From an uncultured bacterium (GTDB taxonomy: Bacteria > Planctomycetota > Phycisphaerae > Phycisphaerales > SM1A02): a stretch of DNA of 43,166 nt. The position numbers and the translations under genes are program-made. Under the pieces are notes generated by a model. That model saw only the letters and a program-made list of their open reading frames with translations, did no database searches and was not told where the DNA came from. The DNA lies in NCBI GenBank assembly GCA_903927725.1, contig CAIYOC010000114.1, positions 1 to 43,166 of the forward strand, given 5' to 3'. Shown here piece by piece: positions 34,745-43,166 of this stretch (position 1 is the first letter of the stretch; every line of letters begins with the position of its first letter).

Positions 34745-36322
34745 TCACTCCGCGCGCATGAGCGGGAAGAGGATGACGTCGCGGATCGACTGGCTGTTCG
34801 AGAGCAGCATGACCAGGCGGTCGATGCCCATGCCCATGCCGCCGGCCGGCGGCATGCCCACGCGCAGCGCGGTGATGAAGTCCTCGTCGAGCGAACGGAA
34901 GGTGCTCTCTTCCTCGTCGGCACCCTTGAGCTGCTCGGTGAACTTTGCCAGCTGGATGTCGGGGTCGTTGAGCTCGCTGTACGCCGGGCCGATCTCCATG
35001 CCGGCGATGAAGAGGTCCCACCGCTCGGCGATCGCCGGACGGCTGCGGCTGGGCCGCGTGAGCGGGCTGATGGCGCTGGGATAGTCGAGGACGAACGTGG
35101 GCTTCGATGGATCGAGCAGCCCCTCGGCCTTCTCCTCGAAGAGCTCGTTGACGACGAGCCAGAGGTCCTTGGTCGCGGCGCCCTCGACATGCAGTTCCTT
35201 CGCGGCCGAGCGCACACGCGCCTCGTCCTCCATGTCGAAGCCGAAGGCCTGTCGGAAGAGCTCCTCGTAGCGCACGCGACGGAACGGCTTGGCGTAGTCG
35301 ATCACAAGGTCACCGAACGGAAGCGAGACGGGGCCACCCTCCGGCACGCCGGCGACGTCGCAGGCGACCGCATGCACGAGGCTCTCGACCATCTCGAGCA
35401 TCGTCATGTAGTCGCCGAAAGCCTCGTACGCCTCCATGGCGGTGAACTCGGGATTGTGGCTGCGATCCACGCCCTCGTTGCGGAAGTTGCGGTTGATCTC
35501 GAAGACCTTGGGCAGGCCGCCGACGAGCAACCGCTTGAGGTAGAGCTCCGGCGCGATGCGCATGAAGAGCTGCATGTCGAGCGCGTTGTGGTGCGTGGCG
35601 AAGGGGCGCGCCGCGGCGCCGCCGGCCATCGCCTGCATCATCGGGGTCTCGACCTCCTGATAGCCCCGAGCCTCCATGAAGCGGCGGATCGCGCTCACGA
35701 TGCGCGATCGGAGCTGGAACGTACGCACCGTGGCCGGGTTGGCGTACATGTCGACGTAGCGTCGGCGATAGCGGGTCTCGTCGTCGGAGAGGCCGTGCCA
35801 CTTGCCCGGCGGCGGTTCCAGGCTCTTGCACTGCATGGTGACGCCTTCGGCCCACACGCAGGTCTCGCCGCGATTGGTACGGCCGACGCGCCCGGTCACG
35901 CTGAGGAGATCGCCATAGTCGGCCATCGAGGCGACCTTGAACGCGGACTCGGGGACGCTGGCCTTGGAGACGCTGACCTGCAGGTCGCCCGAATGGTCAC
36001 GCAGCCACATGAAGACGAGCTTGCCCATGTCGCGATGCTGCACCACGCGGCCGGCGACGGTGACCGCGGCACGGCGGTCCTCGATGCGCACGGCCGGATC
36101 GGCCTTGGCCGCCTTCGCCCCATCCTCGTAGGCGACATGCGCGGCCTCGTCGAAGGCTGCGCGCGCCTGTGCGAGCGGAGTGATGCCGTCGACGCGCTGG
36201 CCGAACGGCTCGACGCCGAGTTCCGTGCGAAGCCGCTCGAGCTTGGCGCGTCGCGCCGCCACGAGGACCGATGGATCTTCCTGCTCGCCCGAGGGCTGCT
36301 CGCTCACGATGGACTCCTTCAT
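34745..36322 (-). CDS. lysS: lysyl-tRNA synthetase (class II)
   Basis: 525 aa. OB anticodon-binding domain plus class II motifs (FRNEGVDRSHNPEFTAMEAY, ELFIAGMEIGPAYSELNDP, GMPPAGGMGMGIDRLVM). Confidence 0.96.
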   Translation of the reverse strand: MKESIVSEQPSGEQEDPSVLVAARRAKLERLRTELGVEPFGQRVDGITPLAQARAAFDEAAHVAYEDGAKAAKADPAVRIEDRRAAVTVAGRVVQHRDMGKLVFMWLRDHSGDLQVSVSKASVPESAFKVASMADYGDLLSVTGRVGRTNRGETCVWAEGVTMQCKSLEPPPGKWHGLSDDETRYRRRYVDMYANPATVRTFQLRSRIVSAIRRFMEARGYQEVETPMMQAMAGGAAARPFATHHNALDMQLFMRIAPELYLKRLLVGGLPKVFEINRNFRNEGVDRSHNPEFTAMEAYEAFGDYMTMLEMVESLVHAVACDVAGVPEGGPVSLPFGDLVIDYAKPFRRVRYEELFRQAFGFDMEDEARVRSAAKELHVEGAATKDLWLVVNELFEEKAEGLLDPSKPTFVLDYPSAISPLTRPSRSRPAIAERWDLFIAGMEIGPAYSELNDPDIQLAKFTEQLKGADEEESTFRSLDEDFITALRVGMPPAGGMGMGIDRLVMLLSNSQSIRDVILFPLMRAE

Positions 36323-36381
36323 GGAATGCAGGCGATGGTAGCGAATGCGATCGTGGCACCCGCTACCATCGCCGGACTCCC

Positions 36382-37530
36382 ATGAGCCCGTCCCAGATCA
36401 AGCGCATCGGCATCCTCACCGGCGGCGGCGACTGCCCGGGACTCAACGCCGTCATCCGCGCGGTCGCCAAGACCGCGATGCTCCAGCACGGCATCCAGGT
36501 CTTCGGCATCGAGGATGGCTTCCAGGGCCTGATCGAGGACCGTGTCCATCCGCTGAGTTTCGCAGATGTCTCGGGCATCCTCACGCGCGGCGGCACCATC
36601 CTTGGCACGAACAACAAGTGCAACCCGCGCAAGTGGGCGATCGGTCGCAACCCCGACGGCTCGCCGGTCTTCGCCGACTGCACGCAGCAGTGCATCGCCA
36701 CGGTCGGGCGCCACGGCCTCGATGCGATCGTGGTGATCGGCGGCGACGGCACCATGGCGGCATCCACGGGCCTGGTCGATGCGGGCATCAACATCATCGG
36801 CGTGCCGAAGACGATCGACAACGACCTGCACGGGACCGAGATCACCTTCGGGTTCCTGACCGCGGTCGCCACGGCGACCGACGCCCTCGACAAGCTGCAC
36901 TCGACCGCCGACAGCCACCACCGCGTGATGGTGTGCGAGGTCATGGGCCGCAACGCCGGTTGGATCGCGCTCACCGCGGGCGTCGCCAGCGGCAGCGACA
37001 TCATCCTGATCCCCGAGATCCCGTTCGAGCTCGACACGATGTGCGAATACATCGATCGGCGCGTGGCGCACGGACCGGGCTTCGCGATCATCGTCGTCGG
37101 CGAGGGCGCCATGCCCAAGGGCGGCAGCCAGATGATCCGCCAGATCGATCCCACCAGCCCCGATCCCGTGCGGCTCGGTGGCATCGGCGCGTGGGTCGCC
37201 CAGGAACTGGCCAAGCGCACCACGGCCGACGTGCGCAGCACGAATCTGGGCCACATCGTGCGTGGGGGCACGCCGATCGCCGCCGACCGCATCCTGGCCA
37301 CGCACTTCGGCTACCACGCCATCGCCATGCTCATGGATGGAGCGCGAAACCGTCTCGTCGTGCGCCAGAACAACATCTTCAGCGACATCGACCTCATGGC
37401 CTCGGCCGGCAAGCAGCGTCTGGTCCCTGTCGACCATCCGCTCGTGTCGGCTGCGCGTGCGATCGGCACGAGCTTCGGCGATACCGCGCATGCACCCCGG
37501 GCCTCGCGCGAGCCGAGCGCGGTGTTCTGA
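36382..37530 (+). CDS. pfk: 6-phosphofructokinase (phosphoryl donor not assignable)
   Basis: MSPSQIKRIGILTGGGDCPGLNAV, VVIGGDGTMA, GVPKTIDNDL, VMGRNAGWIAL, GHIVRGG. ATG at 36382. The ORF-track start at 36271 is an upstream extension. Confidence 0.92.
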   Translation: MSPSQIKRIGILTGGGDCPGLNAVIRAVAKTAMLQHGIQVFGIEDGFQGLIEDRVHPLSFADVSGILTRGGTILGTNNKCNPRKWAIGRNPDGSPVFADCTQQCIATVGRHGLDAIVVIGGDGTMAASTGLVDAGINIIGVPKTIDNDLHGTEITFGFLTAVATATDALDKLHSTADSHHRVMVCEVMGRNAGWIALTAGVASGSDIILIPEIPFELDTMCEYIDRRVAHGPGFAIIVVGEGAMPKGGSQMIRQIDPTSPDPVRLGGIGAWVAQELAKRTTADVRSTNLGHIVRGGTPIAADRILATHFGYHAIAMLMDGARNRLVVRQNNIFSDIDLMASAGKQRLVPVDHPLVSAARAIGTSFGDTAHAPRASREPSAVF

Positions 37531-37533
37531 ACG

Positions 37534-37788
37534 ATGGCTGCGGTGGCGCTCCACGCCCTGCCCCGTGCGCTCGCCGACCATGAGGTCCGCGAGACGGTGC
37601 GCGCAGCGGCCGAGGCACTCGCGGAGCGGCAAGGCGTGAAGCTGATCCACCTCTGGATCGATGCGGATGGGCTCGAGGCCGAAGTCGAGGGGGCGCCGCT
37701 GGTGGCGATGGGCTTCGCAGCGGAGCTGCGGACCACGACCACCCGCTGGGCCTTGCACCGCGGGCTTGGCGAACTCTGGCGCTCCTGA
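37534..37788 (+). CDS. hypothetical small acidic protein (84 aa)
   Basis: ATG lies 4 nt after the pfk stop. Third-position GC is strongly biased, as in neighbouring genes. No recognisable motif and no obvious SD. Confidence 0.5.
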   Translation: MAAVALHALPRALADHEVRETVRAAAEALAERQGVKLIHLWIDADGLEAEVEGAPLVAMGFAAELRTTTTRWALHRGLGELWRS

Positions 37789-37819
37789 AGGCCCGCTCGC
37801 GCTGCCGTAGGATCGCGGC

Positions 37820-38488
37820 ATGCTCCTGATGGCCTTGGTGGCATTCGCATGCGGCAGCGTGCCCTTCGGCGTGCTGATCGCGCGCGCGCATGGTCGCGAC
37901 ATCATGCAGGAAGGCAGCCGCAACCCCGGGGCCACCAACGTGGGCCGCGTGCTCGGCCGCCCATGGGGCTTCCTCTGCTTCGGGCTGGATTTCCTGAAGG
38001 GCTTCGTGCCGGTGGCGATCGCCGGAACGCAGGCCGGACTCTGGGGCAAGCCCACCGCAGAGCTCGCCCCGGGCATGCAGTTCGCGTGGGTCGGGATCGC
38101 GGCTGCGGCCATGCTCGGGCACATGTTCAGCCCATGGATCCGCTTCAAGGGCGGCAAGGGCGTGGCCACGATCTTCGGCGGACTCTGCGCGATCTGGCCG
38201 GCGGTCGGCGTACCCGTGCTGGCAGCCTTCGCGCTGTGGGTCATCACGGTGCTGCTGTCGCGCTACGTGTCGCTGGCCTCGATCGTGGCTGCTGCCGCGC
38301 TGCCGATCGCGACGCTGGCGTGGAACGCGCGCACGCCGGATGGCTGGTCGATCGAGGGCGTCTGGCCGATGGTCACGGTGAACGCTGCGCTTGGCGCGCT
38401 CGTCATCTGGAAGCACCGCTCCAACATCGCCCGCCTGCGCGCGGGCACCGAGAACAGGATCGGCGGCAGTGCCGCCAAGCAACGATGA
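37820..38488 (+). CDS. plsY: glycerol-3-phosphate acyltransferase PlsY
   Basis: GSVPFGVLIA, GSRNPGATNVGRVLG, HMFSPWIRFKGGKGVAT. Multi-pass membrane protein of 222 aa. Confidence 0.93.
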   Translation: MLLMALVAFACGSVPFGVLIARAHGRDIMQEGSRNPGATNVGRVLGRPWGFLCFGLDFLKGFVPVAIAGTQAGLWGKPTAELAPGMQFAWVGIAAAAMLGHMFSPWIRFKGGKGVATIFGGLCAIWPAVGVPVLAAFALWVITVLLSRYVSLASIVAAAALPIATLAWNARTPDGWSIEGVWPMVTVNAALGALVIWKHRSNIARLRAGTENRIGGSAAKQR

Positions 38489-39927
38489 ACGATTCCACCC
38501 ACCACGGCTACCGCAGCCCGCTCGAGGAACGCAACGCCAGCCGCGAGATGCGCTCGCTCTTCAGCGCGCAGCGCAAGTTCAGCACGTGGCGTCGCATCTG
38601 GCACGCGCTGGCGACCGCCGAGCATGAGCTGGGCCTGCCGGTCTCGGCCGCGCAGGTCGCCGCGATCGGTGCGCACCTCGATGACATCGATTTCGATGCG
38701 GCCGCCAAGCATGAGCGTGCGCTGCGCCACGACGTCATGGCCCACGTCCACACGCTGGGCGACGCCGCACCCGAAGCTCGCGCGATCATCCATCTGGGCG
38801 CGACCAGCCAGGATGTGGTCTGCAACGCCGACGCGATCCTGATGCGCGAGGCGCTCGATCTGGTGGCCGTGAAGCTGGCGCGGGCGATCGATCGCCTGGG
38901 TCGGTTCGCGGCCACGCATCGTGCGCTGCCCTGCCTGGGCTTCACGCACTACCAGCCTGCCCAGCCCGTGACCGTGGGCAAGCGCGCGTGCCTGTGGGCG
39001 TACGACCTCGCGCTGTCGCTCGCCGACATCGAGCACCGACGCGACGGCCTCGCCCTGCGGGGCCTGCGCGGCGCAACCGGCACGCAGGCGAGCTTCCTGC
39101 AGCTGTGCGGCAACGATCCCGCCAAGGTCGATGCACTCGAGCGCCGCTTTGCTCAGCTCCTGGGCTGGCCCGAGGGACGGCTGCACCCGGTCTGCGGGCA
39201 GACCTACACCCGCGTGGTCGATGCGCAGGTGCTGTCGAGCCTTGCCGCTGCTGCCGCCGCGATCCACAAGTGCGCGACGGACATCCGCCTGCTCGCGAAC
39301 CTCAAGGAACTCGAGGAGCCGTTCGAGAAGGACCAGATCGGCTCGAGCGCGATGCCGTACAAGCGCAACCCGATGCGCTGCGAGCGCGCGTGCGGCCTCG
39401 CCCGCTTCGTCATGAGCATGCCGCAGAACGCCCTCGACACCGCGGCCGTGCAGTGGCTCGAGCGCTCGCTCGATGACTCGAGCAACCGCCGGCTGTCGAT
39501 CGCGGAGTCGTTCCTCGCGCTCGATGGCGCGCTCGATCTCGTCTGCAACGTCGTCGACGGCTTGGTCGTCTACCCGCACCAGGTACGGGCCCGGCTGATG
39601 GCCGAGCTCCCATTCATGGCGACGGAGGCGATCCTGATGGCCGCGGTCGAACGCGGTGCTGACCGCCAGGATGCGCACGAGCGGATCCGCCTGCACAGCG
39701 TGGCAGCCGCCGCCCAAGTGAAGGAGCATGGTCGCCCGAACGATCTGCTCGAGCGGCTGGCCGGCGATCCGGTCTTCGCCGGGGTCGACCTTGGCGGCGT
39801 CACCGATCCTTCACGATTCGTCGGCCGGGCCCCGGAGCAGGTCGATGCCTTCCTGTCGTGCACTGTTGCAGCCGTGCGCGGCCGCTACGCCGGTCGGCTC
39901 GACGGCGCCGTCGACCTGCGAGTCTGA
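38485..39927 (+). CDS. purB: adenylosuccinate lyase (long, eukaryote-like subtype)
   Basis: ATG at 38485 overlaps the plsY stop (ATGA). YRSPLEERNASREMRSLFSAQRKFSTWRRIWHALATAEHELGL N-terminus, fumarate-lyase signature GSSAMPYKRNPMRCE. 480 aa. Confidence 0.93.
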   Translation: MNDSTHHGYRSPLEERNASREMRSLFSAQRKFSTWRRIWHALATAEHELGLPVSAAQVAAIGAHLDDIDFDAAAKHERALRHDVMAHVHTLGDAAPEARAIIHLGATSQDVVCNADAILMREALDLVAVKLARAIDRLGRFAATHRALPCLGFTHYQPAQPVTVGKRACLWAYDLALSLADIEHRRDGLALRGLRGATGTQASFLQLCGNDPAKVDALERRFAQLLGWPEGRLHPVCGQTYTRVVDAQVLSSLAAAAAAIHKCATDIRLLANLKELEEPFEKDQIGSSAMPYKRNPMRCERACGLARFVMSMPQNALDTAAVQWLERSLDDSSNRRLSIAESFLALDGALDLVCNVVDGLVVYPHQVRARLMAELPFMATEAILMAAVERGADRQDAHERIRLHSVAAAAQVKEHGRPNDLLERLAGDPVFAGVDLGGVTDPSRFVGRAPEQVDAFLSCTVAAVRGRYAGRLDGAVDLRV

Positions 39928-39930
39928 CCC

Positions 39931-40497
39931 ATGCAGCGACTGACCCCTGACAACGCGTGCCTGCTCGTGATCGATCTGCAGGAACGACTGATGCCCACGA
40001 TCGCCAACGCCGAGGCGATCACCGAAAACACCGCCCTGCTCATGAGCGCTGCCGCGCACTTCGGGCTGCCGATCGCCCTGAGCGAGCATTACCTCAGGGG
40101 CCTCGGGCCGACGGTGGCCGCCATCACCCAGGCGTTGCCGGCTGGCGCGTGTCGCTTCGAGAAGACCCGCTTCAGCGCGGTCCTGCCCCAGCTCGAGACG
40201 TGGCTGGCTGGCCACGGGCGTTCGAACGTCATGGTGTGCGGGGTCGAGGCACACGTGTGCGTGCTGCAGACCGCCTTGGATCTGCGAGCGGCGGGCCGCA
40301 CACCGTTCCTGATGACCGACGCGATCAGCGCGGGTCAGGCCCAGCAGATCGCACCGGCCCTTCGTCGCCTGGAACTCTGCGGGTGCGTGCCGTCTGGATG
40401 CCTGAGCGCGATGTACGAACTCGCCGGCGATGCCTCCAACCCCTTGTTCAAGGGCATGTTGGCTCTGGCCAAGGCGATTCGGCCATTGCCGGCCTGA
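39931..40497 (+). CDS. isochorismatase-family cysteine hydrolase
   Basis: ACLLVIDLQERL (Asp), a conserved Lys region, and VMVCGVEAHVCVLQTALDL (catalytic Cys context). 188 aa. Starts 4 nt after purB. Confidence 0.8.
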   Translation: MQRLTPDNACLLVIDLQERLMPTIANAEAITENTALLMSAAAHFGLPIALSEHYLRGLGPTVAAITQALPAGACRFEKTRFSAVLPQLETWLAGHGRSNVMVCGVEAHVCVLQTALDLRAAGRTPFLMTDAISAGQAQQIAPALRRLELCGCVPSGCLSAMYELAGDASNPLFKGMLALAKAIRPLPA

Positions 40498-40516
40498 GCG
40501 ACGACCAAAACGACAA

Positions 40517-40541
40517 CCGACGGCGGACGAGCCGCCGTCGG
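40517..40541. terminator. hairpin between convergent genes (likely terminator, mainly for the minus-strand histone-like gene)
   Basis: 10-bp perfect stem CCGACGGCGG / CCGCCGTCGG with loop ACGAG. On the minus-strand transcript it is followed by UUGUCGUUUUGG. Confidence 0.55.
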
Positions 40542-40567
40542 TGAAGGTTCGTGCACAAACCCGGCGC

Positions 40568-40753
40568 TCAGGGCGTGGGCTTGTCGCGGTTGTCGAGGAT
40601 CGCCTTGCGGATGTCGGCGGCGATCGAACGCACTTCTTGCATGTGCTTGCGGGAGCGGGTGCCGGCCGCCTTGTTGCCGCCAGCGGCCTTGTCGAGGTCG
40701 GCCTTGGCGTCGGCGATCAACTTCTCCAGCTTGGCGTAGAGCTCGTGAATCAT
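40568..40753 (-). CDS. small histone H1-like (Hc1-family-like) nucleoid protein
   Basis: 61-aa MIHELYAKLEKLIADAKADLDKAAGGNKAAGTRSRKHMQEVRSIAADIRKAILDNRDKPTP. The GNKAAGxRxRK core resembles the conserved N-terminal domain of chlamydial Hc1 and related bacterial H1-like proteins. Strong SD (AAGGAG) lies 6 nt upstream of the ATG at 40751-40753. Confidence 0.6.
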   Translation of the reverse strand: MIHELYAKLEKLIADAKADLDKAAGGNKAAGTRSRKHMQEVRSIAADIRKAILDNRDKPTP

Positions 40754-40864
40754 GGGGTCTCCTTGGGGTTGGCTGCCCGGATGGGCCGTGCCGCAGGCTA
40801 CACGCACGAGACGCCGTTTGGGCTATCCTCCGCAGGAAGTCGGTAGGCGAAAGCGAGAATAACC

Positions 40865-41338
40865 GTGGCAAATGCCCCAATTATTGACATTTCGACCGTG
40901 GATCTGGGCGTGGACGCGTCGGCAGCGTTCCCGATTGACGCCCTGCTGCCCCAATCCGGCCACATGCGCATGCTGGACCGCGTCTGCTGGATGAGCGAGG
41001 ACGGACACTCCTCGGTCGGCTACAAGGACGTGCGTCCGGATGAGTTCTGGTGCGCTGGTCACATCCCAGGGCGCCCCCTCTTTCCGGGCGTCATGATGAT
41101 CGAGGCCGGTGCGCAGCTCTGCAGCTACACCCACAAGCGCACGCGCCAGCCGGCAGGCTTCCTGGGCTTTGTGCGCTGCGACGATGTCTCGTTCCGCGGA
41201 CAGGTGGTTCCCGGCGACCGGTTCGTGATTGCGGTGAAGGAACAGTCCTTCAACCCGCGCCGATTCGTGAGCCTGGCTCAGGGCTTCGTGAACAACAAGA
41301 TGGTCTTCGAAGGGCTGATCACCGGCATGGTGATCTGA
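40865..41338 (+). CDS. FabZ/FabA-like beta-hydroxyacyl-ACP dehydratase (hotdog fold)
   Basis: FWCAGHIPGRPLFPGVMMIEAGAQL (catalytic His context) and FLGFVRCDDVSFRGQVVPGDRFVI. GTG start at 40865; the start is uncertain. Confidence 0.8.
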   Translation: MANAPIIDISTVDLGVDASAAFPIDALLPQSGHMRMLDRVCWMSEDGHSSVGYKDVRPDEFWCAGHIPGRPLFPGVMMIEAGAQLCSYTHKRTRQPAGFLGFVRCDDVSFRGQVVPGDRFVIAVKEQSFNPRRFVSLAQGFVNNKMVFEGLITGMVI

Positions 41339-41345
41339 CCACTGC

Positions 41346-43166
<1,821 letters not shown>

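Noticed and set aside
34562-36385. 607-aa plus-strand ORF opposite lysS, and similarly the 642-aa minus-strand ORF at 36319-38247 opposite pfk/plsY
   Set aside because: Both are antisense to genes with unambiguous class II LysRS, PFK and PlsY motifs. Both have typical high-GC shadow-ORF composition.
39931-40497. Isochorismatase-family gene as part of a siderophore or phenazine pathway
   Set aside because: No neighbouring isochorismate synthase, 2,3-dihydroxybenzoate or NRPS genes are present. It follows purB by 4 nt and is more likely a generic cysteine hydrolase (nicotinamidase-like).

Overview
High-GC (roughly two-thirds G+C by eye) bacterial chromosomal window, densely packed with core housekeeping genes. 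No rRNA, tRNA, CRISPR array, transposase or integrase was recognised. Gene content and an Hc1-like histone suggest a PVC-superphylum (Planctomycetota-like) organism, but this cannot be verified from sequence alone.

Layout:
- 1-2054: 3' end of thrS, then infC.
- 2166-9961: an eight-gene arginine operon, argR-argC-argB-argF-argG-argH(GNAT fusion)-argJ, behind a sigma70-like promoter carrying a palindromic ARG-box-like operator.
- 9949-12317 (minus strand): pheS, then an ECF sigma factor translationally coupled to a small unknown protein.
- 12443-26592 (minus strand): a 27-gene S10-spc-alpha ribosomal supercluster, rpsJ to rplQ, including secY, infA and rpoA. It lacks rpmD, adk, map and rpsD.
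- 26765-31268 (plus strand): a four-gene operon of unknown function (exported protein, lipoprotein, GT2 glycosyltransferase, 444-aa unknown), diverging from the S10 promoter.
- 31220-36322 (minus strand): lysS, transglutaminase-like exported protein, NAD(P)HX dehydratase, YhaM-like HD/OB nuclease.
- 36382-43166: pfk, an 84-aa ORF, plsY, purB, an isochorismatase-family gene, an Hc1-like small histone (minus strand), a fabZ-like gene, manA, and the 5' part of atpD.

Most noteworthy:
- The uncharacterised envelope-type operon at 26.8-31.3 kb.
- The ArgH-acetyltransferase fusion co-occurring with ArgJ.
- Loss of zinc-ribbon cysteines in both S14 and L36.
- Lineage-specific extensions of S5, L17 and IF-3.
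- A repeated ACGAACGAAC leader motif.

The many long ORFs antisense to known genes are treated as high-GC artefacts.
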